A DNA stretch of 47,281 nucleotides, taken from assembly GCA_963725865.1 (NCBI GenBank), contig CAVSAC010000008.1, positions 1 through 47,281 on the forward strand. Reading direction: 5' to 3'. Each line of letters opens with the position of its first letter. Positions within the stretch are counted from its first letter, which is position 1. The notes under the pieces were generated by a model that worked only from the letters and a program-made list of their open reading frames with translations, was not told where the DNA came from and made no database searches. The DNA is from Candidatus Eiseniibacteriota bacterium. GTDB lineage: Bacteria; Eisenbacteria; RBG-16-71-46. A program made the translations under genes and the position numbers. Below, one piece after another: positions 32,293 through 43,650 of the stretch.

Positions 32293-33186
32293 TCAGGCCG
32301 CCTCCGCCCCCTCGCGCTCGCGCCAGGCGCGGGCCACCTCCGCCAGGCACCGGCATCGCATCGATGCCAGGCGCTGCACCATGTGATGGTGGAACCGAGC
32401 GATGCGGCGCGGGTCGCGTTCCTGGAGCGACCACTTGAGCCCCACGCCGCCGCGGCGCCGGAGCACGAGGTCCTCCCAGGTGAGCGGGCCGAACCCACGC
32501 TCGCGCCGGGAGTCGGGGTTGAGATCCTCGACGTGCAGCTGCACCACGAGCACGCGATCGCGGCGCCAGCGCGCCTCGGCCTCGAGCAGGCCGAGGAAGG
32601 CGAGCGTCCCCTCGCGCAGGATCAGAAACGTCGAGCCGCCCGCCGGCACCAGCGCGGTGCTCGTCGGCACCTCGAGCAGGCGGGGTCCGAGCGCGTGGGG
32701 ACGGCGGGGGGTGAAGAGCCAGCCGGCCGCGAACGGCCGCGAGCTGAGCAGCGGGATGCGCTGAGGGGTGGCGCTCGAATCCACCCGATAGCCGAGCCGC
32801 TCCAGCTCCGCCACGGTGGCGCTCGCCAGCGTGCTCCAGTGGGGCGAGCGGAACGCCACCGGGGCGCTCTGGAAGAAGTCCTCGTGCAGCGAGCGCGAGG
32901 TGGCCAGGAACCCGAGTCCGCGGCCGCTGACGAGCGCGTCAGCCTCCTCCCAATCGTGCTGGTGCGAGTGGCTCGCGACCTCGTGCCCGAGTCCCGGCAG
33001 AGCCCGCAGGACGGTCGCGTAGCGGGGCTCGAGCAGCAGCGTGCTGGGGATGAAGAACGTGGCCGCCACGCCCGCGCCCGCCAGCCATTCGGACGCGAAC
33101 GCGACGTCCTCGGGCAGGTCGACGGCATGGAGGTCCACGGTCACGCAGCACCGCGGCGCGTCGTCGGGTTCCACGCGATGCCTCAC
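32293..33186 (-). CDS. Polysaccharide deacetylase (CE4/NodB) family protein; start uncertain
   Basis: CVTVD; ATFFI; GHEVASHSHQH; FRSPHW; GYRVDSS; LLEVP. Confidence 0.82.
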   Translation of the reverse strand: MRHRVEPDDAPRCCVTVDLHAVDLPEDVAFASEWLAGAGVAATFFIPSTLLLEPRYATVLRALPGLGHEVASHSHQHDWEEADALVSGRGLGFLATSRSLHEDFFQSAPVAFRSPHWSTLASATVAELERLGYRVDSSATPQRIPLLSSRPFAAGWLFTPRRPHALGPRLLEVPTSTALVPAGGSTFLILREGTLAFLGLLEAEARWRRDRVLVVQLHVEDLNPDSRRERGFGPLTWEDLVLRRRGGVGLKWSLQERDPRRIARFHHHMVQRLASMRCRCLAEVARAWREREGAEAA

Positions 33187-33337
33187 GGGCGGCCCGGCGG
33201 GACGCCGCGACGCCGGGTGCGCCGGCCAGCCATCCCGCCCCGGACCCGCAGATCGGGCCACGAGCGGGAGGCTAGCGCCGGGGCGACCCGTGCGCCATGG
33301 GGAAGGGGAACTCGTCCGGTCCACGCCCGGTCGCCGG

Positions 33338-33346
33338 TGCTAGACT
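33338..33346 (+). promoter_or_regulatory. Putative extended -10 promoter of the radical SAM gene
   Basis: TGcTAGACT about 40 bp upstream of ATG 33386. Confidence 0.45.
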
Positions 33347-33385
33347 CGCTGCGAGGCACGGCCCTCGCAGCCCCGGGGAGGGCGA

Positions 33386-34408
33386 ATGGTCAGGCGGATC
33401 GAGTCCGGCGACATCCAGCACGGCTCCATGATGATGTGGAGCGCCCGGCGCCACGCGGGGTTCCTGGTGCGGCGGATGACGCCCCGCCGGCTCGCCAACC
33501 TGGTGCGCTGCCTGTCCGAGATGCGCGCCACCCGGGACGTGCTCGAGTCGCACCCGTTCTACCTGCGCGTGTGCGTCTCCGAGCTGTGCAACCTGCGCTG
33601 CCCCGGTTGCCTGATCGCGCAGGGCGCGGTGCCCGCGGATCCGAGCCGGCCGCGGCTCATGGACCTCGAGTGCTTCAAGGCCTCCGTGCGCGACTTCCTC
33701 CCGCACCTGCTCAAGGTCAACTTGTACGACGAGGGCGAGCCACTGCTCAATCCCGCCCTCTTCGACATGGTGCGGCACCTGACCGACCAGCGGGTCGGAT
33801 CCTGCGTCAGCAGCAACTTCTCCATGCCGCTCGACGACGCGCGGCTCGAGGCGCTGCTCGCGAGCGGGCTCGACCACCTGATCGTGTGCGTGGACGGGAT
33901 CACCCAGGCGACCTACGCGCGCTATCGGGCGGGTGGGAGCCTCGAGCGCGTGCTCGCGAACCTGCGTCGGCTGGTGGCCCTGAAGCGCGAGCGCGGGCGC
34001 ACCAGGCCGGACATCGAGCTCCAGTTCATCGAGTTCGATCACAACCGCCACGAGGGATCCGAGGTGGCGGCGCTGGCGCGGGAGATCGGCGTGTGGCGCT
34101 TCGTGGTGGTGCAGGGCAGCAGCCCGCTGGGCTGGCGCGGGACCGACTTCCACGGCAGCGAGGCCGAGCGCCGGCGCCGCGGCTGCTACCAGCTCTGGGT
34201 GGGGGCGCACGTCAACATCGATGGCTCGCTCGGGACCTGCGACTACGGCGAGGATCACGGCATCGAGAACGTGGGCTTCGCCCGCGACTACGCCGCGGCC
34301 GGGCTGCGCAATCATCCGCGCCTGGTGGGATTGCGTCGCAGCTTCCAGGCGCGGGCGAGCGGGATGGACGCGGTGTGCAGGTCGTGCAGCCTGTACCGCG
34401 GCGTCTGA
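33386..34408 (+). CDS. Radical SAM protein with C-terminal SPASM/twitch-like Cys domain
   Basis: CNLRCPGC; GEPLLNP; VDGITQATY..YR; GCYQLW...TCDY...VCRSC. Confidence 0.9.
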   Translation: MVRRIESGDIQHGSMMMWSARRHAGFLVRRMTPRRLANLVRCLSEMRATRDVLESHPFYLRVCVSELCNLRCPGCLIAQGAVPADPSRPRLMDLECFKASVRDFLPHLLKVNLYDEGEPLLNPALFDMVRHLTDQRVGSCVSSNFSMPLDDARLEALLASGLDHLIVCVDGITQATYARYRAGGSLERVLANLRRLVALKRERGRTRPDIELQFIEFDHNRHEGSEVAALAREIGVWRFVVVQGSSPLGWRGTDFHGSEAERRRRGCYQLWVGAHVNIDGSLGTCDYGEDHGIENVGFARDYAAAGLRNHPRLVGLRRSFQARASGMDAVCRSCSLYRGV

Positions 34409-34444
34409 GCGGCGCCGGGGCATGGGCCGCGTTCCGGTCGGCGA

Positions 34445-34453
34445 TGCTATAGT
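34445..34453 (+). promoter_or_regulatory. Putative extended -10 promoter of the thiolase gene
   Basis: TGcTATAGT about 50 bp upstream of ATG 34502. Confidence 0.55.
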
Positions 34454-34501
34454 CCGCCGCCATCGGAACCCGTGCGCCCGACCTCACCCGGAGCCCCCTC
34501 G

Positions 34502-35679
34502 ATGACCGACATCGTCCTCGCGTCCCCTGTCCGCACCCCGATCGGCCGCTTCGGCGGCGCGCTCGCCTCGCTCACCGCCGCCGAGCTGGGCGGCTTCGCC
34601 GCGCGCGCCAGCCTCGAGCGCGCGGGCCTGGACCCGAAGGCGGTGGGCTACACCGTGTTCGGCAACGCGCGGCAGGCGGGCGGCGGCCCCAACCCGGCGC
34701 GCCAGGTGGGGCGTCGGGCCGGCCTGCCCGACAGCGCGCCGGCGTTCACCATCAACATGGCGTGCGCCTCGGGCCTGCAGGCGATCGTGTCGGCGGCCGG
34801 CGTGATCCGCGACGGCGAGGCCGACGTGGTGCTGGCGGGCGGCGCCGAGTCGATGAGCCGCGTGCCCTACATGCTCGAGCGCGCGCGCTGGGGTTACCGC
34901 CTCGGCGACGGCGAGCTCATCGACGGCATGTACCGCGACGGCTTCCTGTGCCCGCTCTGCGGCCGGATCATGGGCGAGACCGCCGAGACGCTGGCGGAGC
35001 AGTACTCGATCGCGCGCGCCGAGCAGGACGAGTTCGCGGCCACCAGCCAGCAGAAGTGCGAGGCGGCGCGCAAGGCCGGCCGCTTCGTCGACGAGATCGT
35101 GCCGGTGAGGCGAAGGACGGGCGCAAGACGGTGCGCGTCGACGCCGACGAGCACCCGCGCGACGGCGTCACCGCGGCGGCGCTCGCCGAGCTGGCGCCGG
35201 TGTTCCAGAAGGACGGCACGGTGCACGCGGGCAACTCCTCGGGCATCACCGACGGCGCCGCCGCGCTGCTGGTGATGTCGGGCACCGCCGCGGCGCGCCA
35301 CGGCGTCACGCCGTGGGCGCGGCTGGTGGGCTTCGCCACCGCGGGCGTGGCTCCCGAGGTGATGGGCATCGGCCCGGTGCCCGCGGTGCGCGCGCTCGAA
35401 CGCCGCACCGGCATCCCGCTCGGCGACATCGATCTGGTCGAGCTGAACGAGGCATTCGCCGCGCAGGTGCTGGCGTGCGACCGCGAGCTGCACCTCGACC
35501 GCGCGCGCCTCAACGTCAACGGCGGCGCGATCGCGCTCGGGCATCCGATCGGCGCCACCGGCGCGCGCATCGTGGTGACGCTGCTCCACGAGATGAAGCG
35601 CCGCCAGTCGCGCCTGGGACTCGCGACGCTGTGCGTCTCGGGCGGGCTGGGCTTCGCGATGCTGCTCGAGCGGGTGTAG
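34502..35679 (+). CDS. Acetyl-CoA C-acyltransferase (thiolase); frameshift near 35110
   Basis: [54 protein letters not shown]. Confidence 0.93.
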
Positions 35680-35691
35680 GGGAGCGGGCGG

Positions 35692-37000
35692 CTACTTCGT
35701 CTCCTCGATCTCGTGCTTCCACGCACCCAGCGTGTCCATGTGCATGGGCCGCTGCTCCACCGCGCGCTCGAACTTGCAGATCTGCGTCAGCTCGTCGTCG
35801 GTGAGCACGCGGTTGTGCTCCTTGGCGGCGCGGAAGATCGCCTCGACCAGCCGCTCCTCGGCCTCGAAGCCGTGGGCGTGGAGCCAGTAGACGATGTTCG
35901 ACATCCCCGACATGAAGCCGACCTCGATCGTCTGGTGCAGCCCGACCATGCCGGCGGGCACGCCCGAGTACACCATGTCGGCGAGCGCGTCGTCGCCCTT
36001 CTTCTTGGCCTTGATGATGGCCGCGGCGTGTACGCCGGTGGCGGTGCGGAACGCGTCGTGCCCGAACACGGGGTAGTTGGCGGGGATCGGCACGTCGGTC
36101 GCCTCGCTGGCGACGCGGGTGTAGTCCGAGAGCGCCGAGAGGTCGTTGTCGATGTAGCCCATCAGGCGCAGGTTGATGAGCAGCTGGTCCATCGAGCAGT
36201 TGCCGACACGCTCGCCGATGCCCAGCGCGGTGGCGTGCACGCGGTCCACGCCCGAGGTCATGGCGGTGATGGTGTTGATCACGCCGAGGCCGCGATCGTT
36301 GTGGCCATGCCAGTCGATCTTGATATCCTCCCCGGTCTCGCGGATGATCTGCCGCACGTAGGGGATGAGATTGCGCACGCCGCGCGGCGTGATGTGGCCC
36401 ACCGTGTCCGCCACGCACACGCGCCTCGCGCCCGCCTCGATCGCGGTGGTGAACAGCCGCTTGATTGTCTCGGGCGTCGAGCGCGTGGTGTCCTCGGTCA
36501 CGTACATGACCGGCAGCCCGTTCTGGGTCGCGAACGACACCGCCTCGTCGGTCAGCCGCAGCATGGTCTCGAGGCGTCCAGTCCTCGGCGTACTGGCGGA
36601 TGGGGGACGAGCCGATGAAGGCGCAGGTCTCGATCGCGATGCCGACCTTCTGCGAGATCTCGATCAGCGGCTCGATGTCGCCGCGCACCGTGCGCACCGC
36701 GCAGTTCGGGGTGATGCGCAGCCGCGAGCGCACGATCTCGCGGCACAGGAGCAGGATGTCGGCGCAGGCGCGCGGACCGGCGCCGGGCAGGCCGAGGTCG
36801 GCGGTGTGGATGCCGAGCTGGTCCATGAGGTGGAGCAGCCGGATCTTGGTGTCGATGTCGGGGTCGCGGACCGAGGGCGACTGCAGCCCGTCGCGCAGGG
36901 TCTCGTCGTCGAACTCCACCGGCCGTTCGCGGTGCGGGTAGCCGTTGCCGGCGGTGTTCCAGTCGTAGATCAGCGCTGAAGCGGGGGGATTCGTCGGCAT
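35692..37000 (-). CDS. leuA: 2-isopropylmalate synthase-like (DRE-TIM) enzyme without an obvious regulatory domain; frameshift near 36570
   Basis: DETLRDGLQSP; ADTVGH; WHGHNDRGLG; GIGERVGN; TATGVHA. Confidence 0.75.
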
Positions 37001-37076
37001 CGGGATCCTCCTAGGACCGCCCGCGGTGGTCCGCGGGTGGGTGGCGACCGGGACAGGTCGCAGGATGGTACGACAT

Positions 37077-37090
37077 CGAACGAGCGTTCG
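37077..37090. promoter_or_regulatory. Putative TetR operator CGAACGAGCGTTCG in the leuA-like/SDR divergent region
   Basis: Palindrome identical to 46770-46783; about 40 bp upstream of the SDR ATG. Confidence 0.78.
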
Positions 37091-37128
37091 CTGCGGGAAA
37101 ACGCGCGGCGGCGCCGGGAAGGGCGAGG

Positions 37129-38040
37129 ATGCTCCAGGGCAAGGCCGGGGTGGTCACGGGCGCCGGGCGCGGCATCGGGCTGGAGATCGCGAAGGCGCTG
37201 GCGGGAGCGGGAGCGGGCGTGGTGGTGAACGACGCCGGCGTGGCGGTGGACGGCTCGCCCTCGGCCGAGCGCCCGGCGGACGAGGCGGTCGCGACCCTCG
37301 TGGCCGCGGGCGGGCGTGCGGTCGCCGACCACGGCTCGGTGGCATCGTGGGCCGACGCCCATGCCATGGTCGAGCGCTGCGTGCGGGAGTACGGGCGCAT
37401 CGACTTCGTGGTCAACAACGCCGGCATCGTGCGCGACGTCATCTTCCACAAGATGACCGAGGCCGACTGGGACGCGGTCCTGCTGGTGCACCTCAAGGGC
37501 ACGTTCAACGTCTCGCGCGCGGCCGCGGAGCGCTTCCGCGCGCAGGGCTCGGGCGCCATCCTCAACATGACCTCCACCTCGGGCCTCATCGGCAACCTCG
37601 GCCAGGCCAACTACGCCGCCGCCAAGCTCGGCATCGTCGGCCTGACGCGCTCGATCGCGCTCGACCTGGCGCGCTTCGGCGTGCGCGCCAACGCCATCGC
37701 GCCGTTCGCCTGGACGCGCATCACCGGCACGCTCGGCGGCGCGGCGAGCGAGCCGGAGCGCGCCCGCGTCGAGGGCCTCAAGCGCCTGCGCGCCGACCAG
37801 GTCGCGCCGCTGGCGTTGGTGCTGGTCTCGGACGCGGCGCGCGCGGTGAGCGGCCAGGTGTTCGCCGTGCGCGGTGCCGAGCTGGTGCTGTTCTCGCTGC
37901 CTCGTCCCATGGTCAAGCTCCACCAGCCCGGCGGCTGGACCCGCGACACGGTGCTCGCCGCCCTCGCGGGCCCGCTGCGCGACGCCTTCGTCCCGCTCGA
38001 GGTCACCGCCGACGTGTTCCCCTACGAGCCGCTCGAGTAG
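37129..38040 (+). CDS. SDR-family oxidoreductase (3-hydroxyacyl-CoA dehydrogenase-like)
   Basis: TGAGRGIG; VVVND; NNAGIVRD; VHLKGTF; GNLGQANYAAAK. Confidence 0.9.
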   Translation: MLQGKAGVVTGAGRGIGLEIAKALAGAGAGVVVNDAGVAVDGSPSAERPADEAVATLVAAGGRAVADHGSVASWADAHAMVERCVREYGRIDFVVNNAGIVRDVIFHKMTEADWDAVLLVHLKGTFNVSRAAAERFRAQGSGAILNMTSTSGLIGNLGQANYAAAKLGIVGLTRSIALDLARFGVRANAIAPFAWTRITGTLGGAASEPERARVEGLKRLRADQVAPLALVLVSDAARAVSGQVFAVRGAELVLFSLPRPMVKLHQPGGWTRDTVLAALAGPLRDAFVPLEVTADVFPYEPLE

Positions 38041-38046
38041 CGGGCC

Positions 38047-38941
38047 CTAGCTCGCCGCCTGCGCCGCCGCGAGCCGGCCGCTCGCCGCCAGCTGGCGGTG
38101 GCGGTAGGCGCCGAGCAGCGCCGCGCCGAACGCGCCGGCGAGGATGGCCTGCTCGTGCGTCACCACGCGCAGCGTCGCGCTGTGGGTGGTGTCGTCGCCC
38201 TCGTTGACGAGCGCTTCGAGCCGCTCGAGCAGTCCCTCGTCCCGGGCGAGCCCGCCGGTCACCAGCACCACGTCCTCGGCGCCCACCGCGCGCAGCAGCC
38301 GCACCAGGCGGCCGGCGATGCTGAGGTGGATGCCGCTCAGGATGTCCGCGGTGGAGATGCCGCGGCTCACCATGTTGATCACGTCGGTCTCGGCGAGCAC
38401 GGCGCAGATGCTCGAGACCTTCTCGCTGCGGCGCGCCGAGCGCGAGATCTCGCCCGACGTCCTCGAGCGGCACGCCGAGGTAGCGCGCGATGTTCTCGAG
38501 GAACTGCCCGCTGCCGCTGGCGCACTGGCTGGTCATGCGGTGGGCGAGCACCTTGCCGCGCTCGTCCATGCGGATCGCGCGCGCGTGGAGCGCGCCGATG
38601 TCGAGGGCGGCGCGCGCGTCGGGGACGAGGAAGAGCGCGCCGCGCGGCGTGGGTCGTCATGCTGTAGAAGTGGCCGGTGCGGAAGCGGCACGGCGTCGCC
38701 GTCGCCGGTGCTCGCGATGTAGTCGAAGCCCTCCGGGTCCACGCCCGCGCGCGCGCAGGCCTCGTCGAAGGCGCGGCGCGTGACCACGTCGTGCACGTTG
38801 CGGCGCCGGATGCGCTGCGACGCGGTCGCGAGGACCTCGCCGCCGTCGCCGGCGCGGCGCTGCGCATGATCGCGACCTTGACGGCGCTCGAGCCGGCGTC
38901 GATGCCGGCGGTGAGCTGCGGCTGCAGTGCTTGTCGGGCAT
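38047..38941 (-). CDS. bcrD: Benzoyl-CoA reductase subunit D (BadG), multiple frameshifts
   Basis: [63 protein letters not shown]. Confidence 0.88.
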
Positions 38942-38964
38942 GGAGTCTCCCTTATCCATTCGCG

Positions 38965-40399
38965 TCAAGCCCGAACTGCCGGGCGGCGGGTTCGCTGCCG
39001 CCGCACGGCGGCTCCTCGGCGGGCGGATCGGCGGCGCGTCCGAAGTTGGGCAGGATCCCGGGACGCCCGGCGCGCACGTCGTCGAGCGCGAACAGCGCGG
39101 CGCCGAGCGCGCCCATGTAGATGGAGTCGGGGTGGATGTTGAGCGTGATGTCCGTCGCCGTAGTTCTCGTCGCACCAGCTCGCGCGAGCATGGTCGCCAT
39201 CGGGTTCTTGCAGACGCCGCCGGTGAACGTGAACTCGTTCGTCGACGCCGCCCGAGCGCGCGAGCAGCGACATCGCGCGCAGCATGATCGCGCGGTGCAG
39301 GCCGGCGAGGATGTCCTCGCGGCCGCTCGCCGAGCGCCGAGCCGCTCGCGCAGCTCGGCGCCGGCGAACACCGTGCAGGTCGAGTTGACCTTGACCATCT
39401 TGCGCGCCGGAGCGCCAGCGGGCCGAGCTCGTGCAGGCCGAGGTTGAGCTCGTCGGCGATGTAGCCGAGGTAGCGCCCGCAGCCCGCGGCGCAGCGATCG
39501 TTCATCTGGAACGACGTGACGACGCCCTGCTCGTCGACCTGGATCGCCTTGGTGTCCTGGCCGCCGATGTCGAGCACGGTGCGCGTGCCGGGGAAGATGC
39601 GGTGCGCGCCGCGGCCGTGGCAGAGGATCTCGCTGCGCACCGCCTCCTTCGGGAACGGCAGCGTCTGCCGGCCGTAGCCGGTGCCGACGAACGAGACCTC
39701 GTCGATGCGGCTCGGCGGGTCGCGCAGCGTCGACCGCGACGCGCGAGCACGCGGGCGGCCGTGCGCCGTCGCGCGCCGCGGGCGATGCGCTCGATCGCGC
39801 GGCGCAGCAGCGCGCGCGTGAATCGCGGGCGCCGGAGCCGCGTCTCGACGTCGAGGATGGCGCGGTCGAACAGGCCGACCAGGCGGCTCGAAGGGGACGT
39901 CGCGCCGCGGCCGACGCGCTCGGCGCCGGCCATGAACGCGGCCGCCGCGAGGTCGCGGAAGAAGTCGCTCTTGCGCGGCGCCGCCGCCCAGGAACAGTCG
40001 CCGGCGCCTTCGCCACCATCGTCGTCGAGCACGTCGCGCGCGGCGGGCTCGAGCGTGGCCGCAGCGGACGCCACGCGCCGGGTGGGCGAGGTGGCGCATC
40101 ACCGCGTCCGCGCAGCTCGGCGAGCTCGTCGAGGTAGAGCTCGAGCCGGAAGCGCCTCGCGCAGCCGCGGGCCCAGCGCGCGCGCCGCGTCGGCGCCCTC
40201 GCCCTCGAGCGCGGCGATGGCGCGCTCGAGCAGGCTGAACCGCGCCGCGAGCAGCGCCTCCTCGCGCGCGACCGCGCACGCGACCTCGTAGTTGCTGCGG
40301 CTGTTGGTGATGCCGCGGCCGAGCACGTCGCCCGCGCTCGTCGAGCAGGACGGCCTTCGTGGTGGTCGAGCCGAGATCGATGCCGACGACGCATCTCAT
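38965..40399 (-). CDS. bcrA: Benzoyl-CoA reductase subunit A (BadF), multiple frameshifts
   Basis: [81 protein letters not shown]. Confidence 0.92.
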
Positions 40400-41711
40400 G
40401 CGCAGCCTCCCTGCGCGCTTGCGCGCGTCGAGCATCTGCAGGTAGCTCTGCACGCGGTTCTCGATGTTCGCCTTGCCGAAGTAGCGCGGATCGACGAGGT
40501 CGGACTCGATGAAGCCGCCGGGCACGCCGGTGCGCTCCTCGAGCTCGCGCAGCATGAGCAGCTGCCCGGCGCTGAACGAGTTGCAGGACTTCACGCTGTT
40601 GATGAGGAAGCCGTCGGCCTGGTAGTCGTGGATGTAGCGCTCGAGCAGCTTCGACGCGCGTCGGCAGGCCGAGGTTCGTGTAGCAACCGAGGCAGTAGTC
40701 GGCGAGGGTCTCGAGCGGGTCGCTCGGGTCGTGGCGGAAGCCGGTGTCGTAGAGGCCGCCGACGCGCGTGTAGGTGCTCGCGACGACGGTCGCGCCCTCG
40801 CGGCTGAACATGCGCCAGAAGTCGTAGAAGGTGGTCCAGTTCGGCGGCCCCTCGACGACGAGGCGGTACTTCTCCTCGTCGCATCGGCCGTCGGGCGTCA
40901 TCGGGCCCTTCGCCCGCCGCGATGCGCTCTTCGACCTCGGCGCGCAGCTCGCGGTAGTAGAGCCGCCGCGTCCTCGGTGCCGCGGAACGACGCTGAAGAT
41001 CGGGCCGATGTAGTAGACGCCGCCGAAGTAGCCGTCGATGGGCGACGGCCGGTGGCGCGCCGACTCCCACACCGCGACCAGATCGTCCTCGGCCTGCGCC
41101 GAGAGCGCGAGGCGGCGGGCGAGCTCGTCGAGGTCGAGCTTCTTGCCCGGCGACGCTTCTCGAGCGCGGGATCACCTCGCGCTCGAGCTGCTCGACGACG
41201 TAGCGGCGCATCTCCGGCGTGATGTCCCCGTCGGGCTGGTAGGGCACGTGGAGCATCACGACCGGGCAGTCGTACTCCTGCTTCAGGAGCTCGAACCACT
41301 TCATGAACGTGAAGCAGCCCGTGTACGAGAGCAGCAGCAGATCCGGCTCCGGCAGCTTCGTGCCGGTCGGGCCGATGTTGCCGCTCTTCAGCATGCCGAT
41401 GTCGCACTTCACGTACGTGCAGACGTCCTCGGAGTGACCGGCCTTCTCGGCCTCGGCGATGTACGCGCCCGATCGGCTTGCGCATGCCGCACTGCAGCGC
41501 GTTGATCTCGGGCAGCACCGGCAGCAGCTCGAGCGCGCCGAGCAGCTCGGTGAGGTTGCCGGGCACGAAGGTGTAGACGACCTTCTTGCCCTCCTCCTTC
41601 GCGCGCGCGAGCTTCTCGAAGTGATCGGCGATCATGCGCTTCTGGCGGAGCTGGCTCCGTCCTTGACGGCCTCGGAGCGCGGTGACCGGGTGCCCCTGCG
41701 CGGGTGCTCAT
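40396..41711 (-). CDS. bcrB: Benzoyl-CoA reductase subunit B (BadE), multiple frameshifts
   Basis: [81 protein letters not shown]. Confidence 0.92.
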
Positions 41712-42918
41712 GGCGGCCCTCCCAGAGCTTGACGGCGTCGGAGAACGCGCCGGCCTGCTCGCGGATGACCTGGAACTGTCCGGTGTTCTCGGCGAACTTG
41801 AAGCTGGTGTGCGGGATCCCCGCGCGCGTCGAGCGCGGCCTCGAGCATCGGCTGATCGAGCAGCGCGGGATCGCAGAACGAGGCCGCCGCGAAGATCACG
41901 CCGTCGGCGCCGCACGCCTTGACGCGCTCGATGAGCGCCGCGCCCTTCACCTCCTCGCCGATGTAGCGCGACGCGGTGGCGGCGCCGTCGGTCGAGGTAG
42001 GCGCGCGCCAGCGCCTCGACCGGATCCTCGGCCGCCGGCCACGTCGATCGGCGCTTCGATCATGCGCAGCCCGAGCTGGAAGTCGTCGTCGACGATGTCG
42101 CAGCCGGCGCGCTCGAGCGTGCGGATGAGCTCGAACGGCGGCTGCTCGCAGAACGAGCCCACCATCACGACGCGCACGTTGTCGAAGACCCGCGCCGCGC
42201 GGCGTCGCCGCGGCGGCGAGGAAGCTCGCGAGCAGCGCGGTGTGCTCGCGCGCGCGCAGCAGCGCGCCGGCGCGCACCACGAGGTAGGCCTCGGAGCGCG
42301 CACCCGCCACGGCTCCGGCGGCGCAGCGCGTCGAGCTCGGCGAGGCGCTCGCGCCGCTGGTTCTCGCGGCGATGGCCTCGCGCAGCGTCGGCCTCGGTGA
42401 GCGGACGCGCGCCGCGCGCCGCGAGCTCGCGCGCACGATGCGCATCTGCTCGGCGTAGAAGCGCCCGCCGAGCGCGGGCTCGAAGTTCTGCGGGCAGGTC
42501 GACGTAGGCCGCGTAGCGCTCCGGGAACAGCATCTTCCACATGCCGCCGAGGTTGCGGATCACGTCGCAGATCGACGGGAAGAGCATGCCGTCGAGCGCG
42601 TCGAGGTGGCCGGTCAGCGCGAGCTCGAGGGTGCTGCGCGGGATGTGGCAGATGTAGGACTGGAAGTAGGAGTCGCCGCGGATGATGTCGATCTGCGCCG
42701 CCGCGCCGAACACGCGCGACCGGCAGGCAGCCGATCGCCTCGAGCAGCGGCCGCGGCACGTAGATCGGCATGTGGCCGATCGGCGAGGCGCGCCGGGGTG
42801 CGCGTCCTTCCAGGCCGCGCACCGCGGCGAAGGTGCGGTCCTCGACCAGCGCGAGCGCGCGCTCGAGCAGGGGCGCGCAGGGATCCGGTTGGGGCTCGGT
42901 GGGACGGGGTGGCTGCAT
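41708..42918 (-). CDS. bcrC: Benzoyl-CoA reductase subunit C (BadD), multiple frameshifts
   Basis: MPIYVPR; IIRGDSYFQSYICHIPRST; FPSICDVIRNLGGMWK; GSFCEQPP; IVDDD; SFCDPALLDQPM. Confidence 0.92.
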
Positions 42919-42928
42919 GCGCTGGTCC

Positions 42929-43650
42929 TCAGTCCGGGTCGGGCAGGTGGATGGGCGAGCGCACCGCAACGCGCTCGACGTGGCGCTCGGTGGCGGCGAG
43001 CGAGGCCGCGCCGGGCCCACGCCCGATCACGCCGCTCATCGCGATGCGGTGGATGGTGCGGGCGACCTCGTGGGGCGTGCCGTGGCGCGCCGGCTCGTAC
43101 CAGCCGTAGATCCAGTTGAGCATCCCGAACATGCTGTAGGTCGCGCGCTCGAGTGCCGCGCCGCCGCCGCGGCCGCCCGCGCTCCGGCCCTGCGCGGCGA
43201 CCGCCTTCACGCCGTGCCGCCCGAGCTCGGAAGTAGCGCTCCTTGAGCGCGCGCGACCGCGCGCGGCGCGCCGGCGGCAGCGCCGCCGGCCTCGTCGACC
43301 AGCACGCGCATCACGTCGCGGCTGCGCGGCGACGTAGCGCACGTGGTTGAGGACGAAGGCGTGCAGGCGGGCCGTCGGGATCGCCCCGGGCGCTGACCTC
43401 CTCGGCGATGGCGATGAGGGTCTCGAAGGCGCGCGACTGGAGCTCGAACAGGAGGTCCTCCTTCGAGCCGAAGTAGTTGTAGAAGCTGGCGAGGCTCATG
43501 CGCGTGGCGGCCGCGAGGTCGCGCATCGACATGCCGTGGTAGCCGTGCGATGGCGAGCAGCCCGGCCGCGGCCTGCAGGATGTCGACGCGGCCCGCCTCC
43601 TTGCGCACCGCGCGGGGCGGCGCGCCGCTGCGGCGCGCGCGCGGGCTCAT
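42929..43650 (-). CDS. TetR-family regulator (PaaR/KstR2-like C-terminus), frameshifted
   Basis: DILQAAA...MSMRDLAAATRMSLASFYNYFGSKEDLL HTH; MFGMLNWIYGWY. Confidence 0.88.

Noticed and set aside
30772..34452. 1226-aa plus-strand ORF and similar long ORFs (13420..16158 minus, 21923..23686 plus, tail of 12744..17267)
   Set aside because: Arg/Ala/Pro-rich shadow frames overlapping well-supported genes, as expected in high-GC DNA
13526..36575. Programmed frameshifting or phase variation at the isolated frameshifts (13528, 27135, 35110, 36570)
   Set aside because: No long homopolymers or slippery heptamers; consistent with sequencing indels
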